From contig NC_057753.1 of the NCBI RefSeq assembly GCF_004010195.1, positions 6,619,378 through 6,683,377 of the forward strand: a DNA stretch of 64,000 nucleotides, written 5' to 3'. This document shows, piece by piece, positions 24,545 to 37,279 of the stretch; positions within the stretch are counted from its first letter, which is position 1; the number at the start of each line of letters is the position of its first letter. The position numbers were made by a program, and so were the translations under genes. The notes beneath the pieces are model-generated. The model had not been told where the DNA came from. It did not search any database and saw nothing but the letters and a program-made list of their open reading frames with translations. Origin of the DNA: Chiloscyllium plagiosum. Its lineage: Eukaryota.

Positions 24545-27402
24545 GATCAAACAGGTCAATGCATTCATTAAGAACAGGCAAGGCGGTAAAAGAGGGGGAG
24601 GCATGGCCTTGTTAGTCAAGGATACTATAACGGTGGCTGAGAGAAATTTTGATGAGGACTTGTACACAGAGGTAGTGTGGGCTGAAGTTAGAAACAGGAG
24701 AGGAGAGGTCACACGCTTGAAGATTTTTATAGGCCTCTGCAGAGTTCCAGGGAGGTGGAAGAGAGAATTAGCAAAACTATTCTGGGTATGATTGAAAGGA
24801 ACAGGGTTGTCATTATGGGAGACTTTAACTTTCCCAACCTTGACTGGTAATACTGTAACTCTCGTACGTCGGATGGATCAGTTTTTGTCCAACGTGGACA
24901 GGAGGGGTTCCAGAAACATTATGTCAAAGGACCGACAAGAGGGGAGACCTCATTGGACTTGGTGCTTGGTAATGAACCAGGCCAGGTGTTTGATTTAGTT
25001 GCAGGTGTGCACTTTGGAGAGAGTGACCATAATTCAGAAAACTTTAGCTTAGCAATGGAAAGGGATAGGTCCATGCCACAGGTCAAGAGCTATCGATGGG
25101 GTAAGGGCAAATTATAATGCAATTAGACTGGAATCAGGATGCATGGAATGGGTTATTAAAATGCAGGGGATGCAGACAATGGAAATGTGGAGCTGGTCTA
25201 AGGAACAGATATTGCTTGTCCTTGATAGGTGTGTCCCTGTCAGGCAGGGCGGAAGTGATAAGGTAAGGGAACCGTGGCTGACAACAGAAATTGCATCTCT
25301 TGTTACGAAGAAAAAGGACGCTTATATGTTCATGAGGCAAGATGGTTCAGGTGAGGCGATGGAGAGTTACAGATCAGCTAGGAAGGATTTAAAGAGAGCG
25401 TTAAGAAGAGCAAAGAGAGGACACGAGCAGTCTTTAGCAAATAGAATAAAGGAAAACCCTAAAGCTTCCTATCGGCATGTGAGGAATAAAAGGATGATTA
25501 GGGTAGGAATAAGGCCAATCAAAGACAGAAGTGGAAGGTTGAGTGTGGACCCTTTGGAGATCGGAGAGGTGATAAACGAACATTTCTCATCGGTTTTCAC
25601 TCAGGAAAAGGAGAATATTGTAGAGGAGAACAATGAGATACGAGATATTAGATTAGAAAGATCGAGGTAAGTTACGAAAAGGTGTTATCAATTCTAGAAG
25701 GAGTGAAAGTAGACAAATCCCCTGGGCCGGATGGGATTTATCTGAAGATTCTCTGGGAAACTAGGGTGGAAATAGAAGAGCCTTTAGCTTTGATATATTA
25801 GTCGTCATTGTCTACAGGTTTGGTACAAAGATCGAGGTAAGTTACGAAAAGGTGTTATCAAATCTAGAAGGAGTGAAAGTAGACAAGTCCCCTGGGATTT
25901 ATCTGAAGATTCTCTGGGAAACTAGGGTGGAAATAGAAGAGCCTTTAGCTTTGATATATTAGTCGTCATTGTCTACAGGTTTGGTACCAGAGGACTGTAG
26001 GATTGCAAATGTTGTGCCCTTTTTCAAGAAGGGCAGTAGAGATGACCCAGGCAATTTTAGACCAGTGAACCTTACTTCTGTGTTAGGAAAGATTTTGGAA
26101 AGGATTATAAGAGATAAGATTTATAACCATCTAGCTAGCAACAATTCGATTTCAGATAGTCAACATGGTTTCGTTAAGGGCAGGTCATGTCTCACAAACG
26201 TCTTTGAGATTTTTGAGAAGGTGACCAAGCATGTAGATGAGGGTAGGGCAGTTGACGTGGTAATCATGGACTTCAATAAAACCTTTGATAAGGTTCCACA
26301 CGGTAGGTTGTTGGAGAAAATGCAGAGGCATGGAATTGAGGGTGATTTAGCAGTTTGGAGTAAAAGCTGGCTTTCTGAAAGAAGGCAGCGAGTGGTGCTT
26401 GATTGAAAATATTCAGCCTGGAGTCCGGTTACTAGTCATGTGCCATGATGATCTGTTTTGGAACCACTGCTGTCTGTCATTTCTATAACTGACTGAGACG
26501 CAGGAATAGGTGAATGGATTAGTAAATTTGCAGACGATACTAAAGTCGGTGCAGTAGTGGACAGTGTGGAAGAATGTTACAGGTTGCAGGGGAACTTGGA
26601 TAAACTGCAGAATTGGGCTGCGAGGTGACAAATGGAGTTCAATGCAGCTAAATGTGACGTGGTACACTTTGGAAAAATAATAGGAATGAAGAGTACTGGA
26701 GAAATGGAACGATTTCTTGGTAGTCTGGATGCGCACAGACGGATCTTGGACTCCATGCACATAGATCCCTGAAAGTTGCCACACAGCTGGATAGTGCTGC
26801 TTTAGAAGGCATATGGTGTGTTAGAGGGATTGAGTTCCGGAGCCGCAATATCATGCTGTAGCTATACAAATCACTGGTGCGCCTATACTTGGAATATTGT
26901 GTACAGTTCTGGTCCACATTTCGGGAAGGATGTGGAAACATTGGAAAAGGTGCAGAGGAGATTTACCATGATGTTGCCTGGTCTGGAGAGAAGGTCTTAC
27001 GAGGAAAGGCTGAGAGATTTGAACCTGTTCTCATTGGAAAGAAGGTAAGAGGGGATTTGATAGAGACTTACAAGATGATTAGAGTATTAGATAGGGTAGA
27101 CAGTGAAAGTCTTTTTCCAAGGATGATAACGTCAGCTTGTCCGAGGGGGCATAACTACAAATTGAGCAGTGATAGATTTCGGACAGATGTCAAGGCGGGT
27201 TCTTTATTTAGAGAGTGGTAAGGGCGTGGAATATACTATCTACTAATGTAGTCAACTCAGCCACATTAGGCAGATTTAAATAATCCTTAGATAACCATAT
27301 GGATGATGATGGGATAGTGCAGGGGGACGAGCTGAGAATAGTTCACTGATCGGCGCAACGTCGAGGGGCCGAAGGGCCTGTTCTGCGTGTTATTGTTCTA
27401 TG
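24545..27402 (+). mobile_element. Relatively young 5'-truncated CR1-type LINE ORF2 (endonuclease to RT) with intact 3' end
   Basis: KRGGGMALLVK, MGDFN (EN); KSPGPDGI; NFRPVNLTS; QHGFVKGRSCLTN; MDFNKTFDKVPH; FADDTK; tail ccgaagggcctgttctgcgtgttattgttctatg. Several stops and frameshifts. Confidence 0.95.
25657..25987 (+). repeat. Tandem duplication inside CR1 (170 bp + 161 bp)
   Basis: 25657-25826 is repeated at 25827-25987 with a 9 bp deletion and about 2 substitutions. Confidence 0.95.
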
Positions 27403-27409
27403 ATCCAAA

Positions 27410-28185
27410 CGTTGAAAAGGTCAAATGGTTCAATCGAGACAAATTGGAGATATTGCATTTTGGTGCAACACACAACTGAAAGGCTAATGCATTTAAGGTA
27501 GGATCTTATTTGGTGTTGTAGAACAGAGGAATCCAGGGTTCAGGAACATAATTCTTTAAATTTTACATCACATAGAGAGAGAGAGTAGTATAAAAAAGTG
27601 TTTTGCACTCTTTCCTTCATTGCTGAGTCTTCTGAATTCCAGAGTTGGGAAGTTATGATAAAATGGCACAGAACATTGGTGAGAGCTCTTCTGGAATATT
27701 ATGTCCAATTCTGTGAAGAATATTATTAACCTGGAGAGAGTTCAGAATTGATTTGGCAGTATGTTATTGTATAATAAATGTTTACATGAAAAATAAATTT
27801 GGATAGGCTGGGAGTTCTTCACTGGAGCAAAGGAGCTTGAGACGAGACCTGAAGGAAGAAACTGGTTAATGGAGTTTTCTTGTTGTTTCGGATGGAGATT
27901 TCGGAATGAGGGGGCAGATCTTTTTTTGCTGAGGCAGAGATTTTTAAACACAAAAACAAAATTACATTTTTATTACACTGAGAGTGGAAGTTTGGAGTGG
28001 ACTTTCTGAGAAAGTGGTGGGTGTTGGAAAAGATACAACGTTCAAAACGCATTTAAATACGTCAATATATAGGAAAGGTTGTTGGAATATTTCCGAGGAG
28101 AAGACAGCTAGATGTGTTTATGTTCGTCATTGACTGGTTCGACCAAAGAGTCGGTTTTCATGCTGCATGACTCTACGACTATATG
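27410..28185 (+). mobile_element. Older CR1-type LINE 3' fragment
   Basis: Decayed post-RT region ending in a tgactctacgactat tail. Confidence 0.7.
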
Positions 28186-28834
28186 CTATATCTATAGTTC
28201 GGTGAAAATACAGATATTACTGCATTTATTGTTCGTCTCTTAATATCCAGGCTTCCAGGAAATCGTCAAAGGACACGATGCACTTTCCGAGCAGGTTGAA
28301 GAAGAACACTGGGAGACAGCAAAACAGGCTGAGGCGTAAAATGAATGTGATGTCTTCGTTTTTATAAGGGAGAAACTGCCCTGGCCAGGGTGACAAAACA
28401 ATATTCACAGAATTTGTACCAGTCACGAAATTTCCAACATATAGGAACCAACTGTTGATGAAAAAGAAAATGACACATGCATATAATATCACTTGACTTA
28501 TTGTTAGGAATGAGTTACATTTTTTTATATTGATTCTAATTGAGATAGTGTAGTATGACTCTGTAATTTACATTTGTAATCGTTACCACCATTTGCAAAA
28601 GAAATCCATGGTCGTTTGAATAGTAGATATTTTTGCAATTGTCGACTTGGTTTACGACATGCTGCAAAACAAGGGAATTATGTTGGATAACCACTCGTTC
28701 TGTTAAATTATACATCGACTGTTTTAATGGTATGACCAAATTAAGTTCTTGCATAACTATCAAGATCATTTAGCAACGTTTCTGGCTATAGTTGATTGAA
28801 ACTTTTGTTCATTTGTGCATTAAATTACGATTGT

Positions 28835-29290
28835 ATGTATAGTAAACGTGTTCTACTTGGCAAAGTTTTGACGCTGTAGCATTGTCTCTTCGTGTCCTCC
28901 AAGTCGGTACCCAGTCGAGAGAAGGAAGGACAAAGACTGCCAGAGGCCCGATAGCCGGTGCCATTTAAATGTTGCTTTCTCCCTCATCGCCTCTTATTCC
29001 AAAAATATTACTCTTGCTGTGCTCCACGCACGGAGATGTGTTTCAAGTGAAGGGTACTGGGTTCCCTGGGTGGCTTGTGAATTGAGTAGGAACGATCTTC
29101 GTGTGACATGCAGGGGTCTCTGCCCTTCACAATCTTGTACATTTCAATAAATTCACCTCTTTTCTGAAATCCAAAAACATGTCTCCAATCCATTTCAAAT
29201 CTCAGCATAGGAGAATCCGGGTGCCACACAGTACTCGTGGGTTTTAATCATTGTTGGTAGGTCTAGCATTTATTGACCAGAAGTAGTTGT
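28835..29290. repeat. Direct repeat copy B (similar to 23850-24330)
   Basis: Same colinear blocks as copy A, same orientation. Confidence 0.75.
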
Positions 29291-29439
29291 CCCGATGTTG
29301 ATCGGGATTAGCTGCCCTTTTGAACTGTTGCAGTCTGTGTAGCACAAGTACACCATTGAATATTTGCAGGACGGACTTCCAGGATTTTCATCCAGGCACA
29401 GGCACTGAACAGAGACATATCCCAAGCCAGAGTGTTGAG

Positions 29440-31330
29440 TGAAATAGCATAATAAGAGTGAAATTGTGCAAAAGGTGGATATGAGAGTTTTGGCAAACGC
29501 CATTTAGGAGAATCGAAAGATATTCCATAAATACGTGAAGGACATAAAGGGTAACGGGGGTGGGGTGGGGAGAATACGGCCCCTCAAATAAAGCAGGGCA
29601 GCCCATGTGTGGAACTTCAAGAGATGGGAAAGATACTAAATGAGTATTTTGCACCATTGCTTACTGGGGAGAAGGACATGGAAGATATGGAATGTGCACA
29701 AATAAATGTGACATCTTGAAAAGAGTCCATACTACAGATGAGGACGAGCTGAATGTCTTAACGCGCAAAGGTGAACAAATACACGACACGTGATCAAATG
29801 TATTGGAGAAATCTGCGGTATGCTAAGGAAATGATTGCTGGAGCCCTTGCTGAGATATTTGTATCATCGATTTTACCCGATGATGTGCCAGCAGATGAAA
29901 GGATTGCTGACGCGGGGCTACTACTTAGGAAAGTTGGTACAGAAAGCCCAGTGAACTATCGACCGGTGACATTGACATCAGTGGTTGACAAGTTGATGGA
30001 GAAAATCCTGAAGAACAAGATTTACGTGTATTTGTGAAGCTATGAACTGATTAGGGGTAATCAACACGGGCTGGTGATTGGGAAATCATGTCTTACTAAC
30101 GTAATTGAGATCTTTTTTGCAGAATTTTCAAAGAGGGCTGGTTATGGCAGAGCGATGGATGTGATTTATATAGACTTCAATAATTTTCGACAAAGTTTCT
30201 TCCATTACACTGTTTAGCAAAGTTAGATCTCATGGAAAACAGGTAGGACGAGCCATTTGAATACAGAACTGGCTCGACAGTAGAAGACACTGTTTAGTGG
30301 TGGAGGGTTGCTTTACAGATTGGAGGTCTGTGACCAGTCGGGTGACGCAAGGGTTATTGCTGGGTCCACTGATCTTCATTATTTATATTAATTATTTGGA
30401 TATGAACAAATGAGGCATAGTTAGTAAGTTTGCAATTGACACCAACATTGGAGTTGTAATGGACAGCAAATAACGATGCGTTAAAGTACAACGGAATCTT
30501 GATCAGATGGGTCAATGGGCTGACAGGTGACAGATGCAGTTAAATGTTGATAAATGTGAATTGTTGCATTTTTAGAAAGTCAAATCAGAGCAGGACATAC
30601 ACATATAATGGCAAGGCCCTGGGGAGTGTTGCTGAACGAAGAGCCCTAAAATGCAGATTCATAGTTCCTTCAAAGTGGGGTAGCAAGTAGATACAATAGT
30701 GAAGATGGCGTTTGAAACGCTTTAATTTATGGAGCAGAATATTGATTATAGTAATTGGGAGGCAATGTCGCTGCTTTGTAGGACATTGGCCAGTCCACTT
30801 TTAGAACATTGCATGCAATTCCAGTTTCCCTCTTATCAGGAGGATTTCGTGAAACTTGAAAGTGTTCAGAAAAACATTGTGTGGATGTTCCTAGGGTTGG
30901 AGGTTTTGAGATACAGCGAGGGGCTGAATCGGCTGGATTGTTTTCCCTCGAGTGCCGGATGCTGAGTGGTGACCTTACAGAGTTTTATGAGATTATGAGG
31001 GCAAGGATTGGCGAAGTAGACAAGGTGGTTTCCCTCTGGTGGGAGAGTCCTGAACAAGAGAGTGAGAGCAGAAAAAATTATAAAGAAAATAAGAGTCAAC
31101 TTTTTCACCCATAGGGCATTGCACGTATGGAATGTGCTGCCAAAAGAAGTGGTGGATGCTGCTAAAATTACAAAATGTATAAGGCATCTGAATGTGTATA
31201 TTAATAGGAAAGGTTTAAATGGATATGTGACAAGAAAAAGAGATTATGTGATGTTAGGATATCGAGTCGGCATGAACGAGTTGAACAGACAAATCTGTTT
31301 CCATGGTGTACATTTCTGTGACTCTGTCTC
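29440..31330 (+). mobile_element. CR1-type LINE ORF2 remnant to 3' tail
   Basis: PVNYRPVTLTSVVDKLMEKILKN; RTLASPLLEHCMQF; NFFTHRALHVWNVLP; tail ttctgtgactctg. Confidence 0.9.
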
Positions 31331-32450
31331 GAGTTGATTTCTTTCGAACAAAGTGTGGTGTAAATAATTTAGTGGTACGGGCAGAGTGGATAGCAAACAC
31401 TTTGCCCCTCTTATTCATATGGGTCTAGCTCTTATAAGGTAAGTCTAAGATGGCGTGGGAGTTAGACAGTTTCCCACTTATCACGTGCTCATGTGAATGC
31501 CTGAAAACAACGCTAATTCAACACAAGGAATTGAATTCATTAAAAAGATAGCATAATTGTTTAACCAAAAAGCAGGAAATTCGTAGGTTGCCTTTAAGAA
31601 AACTCTTCACAAAGGAAATGGCAGAATTCTTCAGTCACTGTTGGGGAGAACCGTTGAGGCAGAAAACCTCACAATTTTATTATTTAGTTAGATGAGCACT
31701 TTAATTGGGATAATATCCAAGGTTATGTGTTCAGTGCTGGAAAATGGGTTTGGTGTAGATTTATTTTAAGGTTCGGAGTAAATGTCATGAGATGTAGAAG
31801 TATTTCTGTACTCTTGGTTGCTAGCCACCTTTGAGTTGTACAGTTAGGTTTTTGTCATTTCTGTCATTGTTTTGTGAAGATATTATCTAGTGAAAGTTCC
31901 AACTGTTATAGTGGTCAGTATCAGCTTCAGGTGTAGTATTAAGCTGGTCGTTTTGAGATAAAATATTTCAAGTGTGTTTTTTCGCGGAATTAGCAAGTAA
32001 AACGATGGTGCAACATTGTGTAGTCGAACAGTCCACAATGCTCTGTACAAAATTCAACATTGAATGACTGAAATGACGGTAATCACTGAAAGAATACCGA
32101 AACATATGTAGACATTGAAAGCTCGATTGTCTAAAAGATAATGCAAGGTTTTCAGTTTGAACACAATTTGTAATTATCATTTGAGCCACAAAAGATAATG
32201 TTCCTGCAGTCCTTTGGGCATGCCTATCATTCTCATGATGTCATGTCTTAAAAATAAGCTGTTGTTGAAATCTGTTTTTCAAAATGGCATAAAGATTTGT
32301 AAGTATAATCACACTTCCCCTGTGGATAAATCACACAATATAAACTCATGTCTCTGGAACGGCCTCGTCTCCAATTCGGAGGGAATTCTCCAATTCTGAG
32401 AGATCACCCGAAGCAGTAAGAGTGACGTTGATTCTCAAGCAAATAAGAAA

Positions 32451-32517
32451 ATGTATTTTCCCAAGGCAATAATCTTAAAAATATCCTACACTCTGCTTGC
32501 TGTTATTGGTGTTCCTG
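32451..32517 (+). CDS. GPR139/GPR142-like class A GPCR, paralogue 2, coding exon 1 (67 nt, MYFPKAIILKISYTLLAVIGVP, phase 1)
   Basis: aagaaaATG at 32451; donor CCTG|GTAAGA; clear homology to paralogue 1 exon 1; joins in frame to 39965 across a 7447 bp intron. Confidence 0.85.
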
Positions 32518-33493
32518 GTAAGATCTTCAACAAGTGACAGCATAAAAAATACCCTGCTTTAATTCATACTTATTTCCAATCTACGACTACTAACCATTTT
32601 ATTTCCATTAAGTCGACAAATCTTGCTTCCAGGCTGCGGTGCCGTCACGTTCTGAGCTTATAGTGAATAGATTGTGATTTTGGGGGATGCCAAAGTTATA
32701 TGCAAGATTGCCTGTACTACTTAACCTTGCACAATGAGTTTATACTGAGGCTATACTAGTGGAGATCGGCTAAAGACTCGTTTTGGCTTGTCGAGAAAGT
32801 GTCTGTCAAGGCCATTCTGTCGGTGGTAATTCAAATCCGGCAGTCAGTTACATATGTTTTAAAATTTCACACATTTAATGATATTCGTTCATATAAACTA
32901 AGTAGTTTGCAGGTTTTGCTCAGGCAGCGAACTCCAAATATTAGTCGAAATGGGCAATTTGGTTTGAGTAGGTCGTTATGAAATGATCAGTCTGGGGTTA
33001 GCACGGATGGTTTCGAACATCTGTGCTTTTTTTAAAATTCTTTGTCTATGTATATGCATGATATATGTGAGCCCAGATGCCAGGAAGAGCTATTGAGCCA
33101 AGGGTTCCTCCTACGATGTACATGGTTGAAATGATTACATTGTTAATAACATATATGAGTTGTGACAGTTGTGAAGAAAACAACATGCATGATATTCTGC
33201 TGTGGAGTATAACATGATCAGTACTGAGATCCAGAGCAGCTCTACCACATATATTCAAACAACCTTGTTGAAAAGAATGTTGCCTATCTTGACATTTATT
33301 GTTGTTACCCTTTGACGTTCTCCAAAAGATAATGATCTGTCTGAAGTTCTTCTCATGTGTTCATTTGAATTTATTATTCAGTCTTTCCTATCAGTTTCAA
33401 CATGCATCTTTTCTACGACTACTTTTTCCTCCTCTAACTGTTATCATTGTATCTGTTGTTACTTTGATCAAACTGGCATTTTGCAACTGACAA

Positions 33494-33793
33494 GGGCGCC
33501 ACGGTGGCTCAGTTGTTAGCGGTACTCGGAATCGGTTCGATTCCAACCTTGGGCAACTCTACGTGGAGCTTGCACATCTCCCCTATGTCTACGTGGGTTT
33601 ATTCCCTCAAGCCAACGATGTGCAGATAGGTGAAACGGTGATGCAAAATTGCCAATATGCTTCAGGGATCTGCAGTTGTGGCGCATTAGTTAGGGGTAAA
33701 TATAGGATAATAAGGTAGGGGAATGGGTTTGGAAGATTGGTGTGAACTTGTTAGACCGAATAACCTGTTTCAACATTGTAGGGAGAGTATTCT
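33494..33793 (+). mobile_element. tRNA-derived SINE (HE1/V-SINE-like)
   Basis: Head gggcgccacggtggctcagttgttagc (A box), ggttcgattcc (B box), core gtggagcttgcacatctcccc...gtgggttt, CR1-like 3' tail. Confidence 0.8.
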
Positions 33794-34539
33794 AAAACTC
33801 TGGATCTATTCCTGCACTGATTCATTGTGAGATCTGCAGTAGTCTGTCAACTATCTGACCCTAGGGGTTCGGACGTTAGAGAGATGGGGACAGAACTGAA
33901 CGGTTCGCTAAAGAAAGGCAAGTTGGTTAAGATTGACAAATGCATAATTTCAGAAATTTCATAATACATGCTGCGCTAAGGTGTTGAGTCAAGAACGTTT
34001 GGCTGTATTGAATGAAAGTCGTCTATCCTGTTGTGAATTTCATTTGAAATGGTGTGCAACATTGACGAAGAGTTAAGTTGTGTGCTATACCTGGGTCACC
34101 ATGAGAATGATAATTCGTTCATCACACCACACCTAAAGGACATCAATGATCTATCCATGCTGATGTACTATATGGTCTTTGCCTCGTAGACTGGGAAAGT
34201 GGAAATATGTGGGAATGGTTACTCGTATGCATTCAATTTCCGGAAAGTCGTTCGTGCCTAATCCCTGTGCTGATCGCGGTTTACCCGACAGGTGAACATT
34301 TTCAGCTCCTTCTGGCTGGATAAACATAGAAAATTATAGCGCAGTACAGGCCCTTCTGCTTTCAATATTGCGCCGACCTGTGAAACCAATCTGAAGCCAA
34401 TCTAAACTACACTATTGCATCCTCGTCCATATGCCGAACGAATGACTATTTAAATGTTCTTAACGTTGGCGAGACTACAATTGTTACAGGCAGTGCGTTT
34501 CACGTCCTCACTACTCTCTGATGAGTAAACTACTTCTGA

Positions 34540-34748
34540 TTCGGAGATGCCGGTGTTGGACTGGGGTGTACAAAGTTAAAAATCACACAACACCAGGTTA
34601 TACTCCAACAGGTTTAATTGGAAGCACACTAGCTTTCTGAGCGACGCTGCTTCATCACCTGATGAAGAAGCGTCGCTCCGAAAGCTAGTGTGCTTCCAAT
34701 TAAACCTTTTGGAGTATAACCTGGTGTTGTGTGATTTCTAACTTTCTG
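34540..34748. mobile_element. Palindromic Penelope-derived insert (family 1) with 12 bp target-site duplication
   Basis: Arms 34572-34657 and 34660-34745 (86 bp each, 4 mismatches, 2 nt centre). TSD aactacttctga at 34528-34539 and 34749-34760. Confidence 0.92.
34656..34691 (+). ncRNA. Predicted minimal type I hammerhead ribozyme motif
   Basis: CAC-CUGAUGA-a-GaAGC-guc-GCUcC-GAAA-G-CUA^GUG: core intact, stem I CAC/GUG, palindromic AGCU in place of stem III, one mismatch in stem II. Confidence 0.65.
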
Positions 34749-36971
34749 AACTACTTCTGACATCTACCCTATATCTATCACCACTTAATTTAAAGCTTTG
34801 TCCCAACGTGCTAGACATCGCCATCCGAGGAAAAGGGTTCTCACTGTCCAATCTATCTAACCCTCTGATTATCTTACATGTCTCAATTATTTCACCTGTC
34901 AACTTTATTCTCTCTAACGAAACAGCTTCAAGTCCCTCGAACTTTCCTCGTAAGACATTCACTCCATACCAGGAAATATCCTAGTAAATCTCACCTGGGC
35001 CTTTTGCAAAGCTTCCACGTCCTTCCTCTAATTCCTTAACCAAAACTGTATGCAATACTCTAAATATGGCCGCACCGGAGTTTTGCACATGTGCAGCGTG
35101 ACCTCATGGTTTCGAAACTCAATCTCTCTACCAATCAACTCTAACACACCATATGTCTACTGAACAACCCTATCAACCTGGATGGCAACATTCAAGGATC
35201 TGTGTACCTGGACCCCGAGATCTCTCATCAACACTAAAATAATCTTACCATTAGCCCAGTAGTCTGCATTCCTGTTACTTCTTCCAAAGTGAATCACCTT
35301 CCAAAATGGAATTGTCCAATTTTGCTTAGATTGGTCAAGGTCATTGAGGTTCGATTACATTTAGGAACTACTCTACAACACTGCTGCTGGTTAAAGGAAG
35401 GTTGATTAGTTTTTGCTGAGGGATTCAAAGTATGTTGTGGTGAGAATTAGGTAATGTTGCAGGCAGTTGTGTTGTTGACAACTAACATTTGGAAGTATAT
35501 AAATATTTGCAATTAAGGTAACAGTGAGCCGAACATTATCATCGTGCATTAAAAATATCAGGGCAATTGCATCAAAACGTTGGTTTAGGAATATCTGACA
35601 TATTTTTACTTCACATTAGCGGAGAAACACATTTGATGAAACTATTTGATGCAGCAACGTTTGTTTCACCCATTCTGAAATGTTTCAGTTGAAGTAAAAT
35701 GCTCTCAATAGAGTATTGGGCGCCAATATATCAAACGAATTTCATTTGGCGGCTATAATACATTCAAATTTAGCAAGTATGCGATATACCTATATTACCA
35801 GAAAATAACACAATGCAAACATTTTCTAATATATTCTTGTGGAGGCATTTGTTCTTCTTTTGAAGTTCAGAATTTACTTCTCCAGAGGACTCTACTCACC
35901 AATGTGAGGAGATCTTTAATCCTTAACTATGCAGGATTGACGCACTTAAACATCAATTTACTTGGCACTGGATGGTGTAATAGTACTTTCTGATTGGTGA
36001 TATCAACGTATGTGATAACATTTTCAAGGTAAAACTACTTTCAAATATGCACATAAAAATGAAGTTTTGATAGCAACTTATAGACATTTTCACTGATTTA
36101 CTGAAACGTTATGTACTGTGGATCCAGATCTCTGCGAACCAGTTTGAGAGAGGGTATTACTAAGAATGGAATCGGACCGATGGCAATCATGAATACAAGG
36201 GTGGAATTTCTGAATGCAATGGACTCAGGTTGCTAGGAGGAATTGTCATTGTAGACTTGGGTTATTTGCCGTAATTGGACATTTTGGTGCAATATTCATT
36301 CTTTTCTGCGGGTTTCCGGAAAGCTGAATTACAGATCAGACAGGAGAATACTCGTCACGTCAATTGCAAGTATTATTGAGAATTTCCTTCATTGAAAAAC
36401 TAACATTTGATTTGGGTACCAGAATGATGGGAGCAACGGAGTGCTTTGAATTTTTTCCTCGTGTGGTTTTTGAAAAAATGTAGAATGACTAAGTCCAGTA
36501 AACAAGTGGATTTGGGAAAATCACTCAAAATAAAATTATATGAAAGGTCAGTCTCTAACGAGTGGAACGTGTTATTCTAACATAGCTGAGTAACTAATTT
36601 ATTTCAGTCAAATGGTCCATAAATGCAGAATGTTTATTGAAAACCACTGTTTTGACAGTGAATAATATTGCAGTAAGTTGGTTATGTTGGTTTAAATTCA
36701 ATCACCGCAGTCATTAGACATCTCAGCAGAAATTCTTCAGTGACATGTCCAAGGCCCGAGATTCTTCATTTACTTCATCAATGACGTTCTCTCCATTATC
36801 TTTTCCTTGTTGGAGGAGTTTGCAAGTGACATTCCAATGTTGAGCACTATTTTGACTCGTTCGATAATAAAGGGGTCTGCGCGCCTAAACAGTAACACAA
36901 CGTCTAGCTTGGGCTGAAAGTAACCAAGTAACATTTTCATCCCACAAGCTCTAAACAATGACAATCTATCA

Positions 36972-37153
36972 TCAGGGTTCCTGATGAAGGGCTTTTGCCC
37001 TTAACAATCGATTCGCCCACCTATAAGATGAAGGTTTTTTTTTTACCCGAAACGACGATTTTCCTGCTCCTCGAATGTTGCCTGACCTGCTGTGCGTTTC
37101 CAATTACATACTATCAACTCAAATCTCCAGCACCTGCAACCTCACTTTCGCCA
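36972..37153 (+). mobile_element. Family-2 Penelope-tail insert with two tandem hammerhead-like cores and a 15 bp TSD
   Basis: CTGATGAagggcttttgccc at 36981; second gatgaagg...cccGAAACGAC at ~37027-37057. TSD aatgacaatctatca at 36957-36971 and 37154-37168. Confidence 0.85.
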
Positions 37154-37279
37154 AATGACAATCTATCAATCTGCAGTTGGCTTACTGTCAAATTACCAAC
37201 ACGAAATAGCAAATTGAACCAACGTTGACAAGTAAATGGTATGATCTAAACAAACATGTTTTGTGTGAAAAGGAGGATG

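Larger units (their letters stand above)
34325..35310 (-). mobile_element. CR1-type LINE 3' fragment in paralogue 2 intron, interrupted by the 34540-34748 insert
   Basis: Reverse tail acatagaaaattatagcgcagtacaggccctt; minus translation GEIIETCKIIRGLDRLDSENPFPRMA. Confidence 0.9.

Noticed and set aside
24545..27402. Active or domesticated reverse transcriptase gene
   Set aside because: Multiple stops and frameshifts, 5' truncation and an internal duplication.
33494..33550. tRNA gene
   Set aside because: Only A/B boxes of a SINE head, followed by SINE core and tail; no full cloverleaf.
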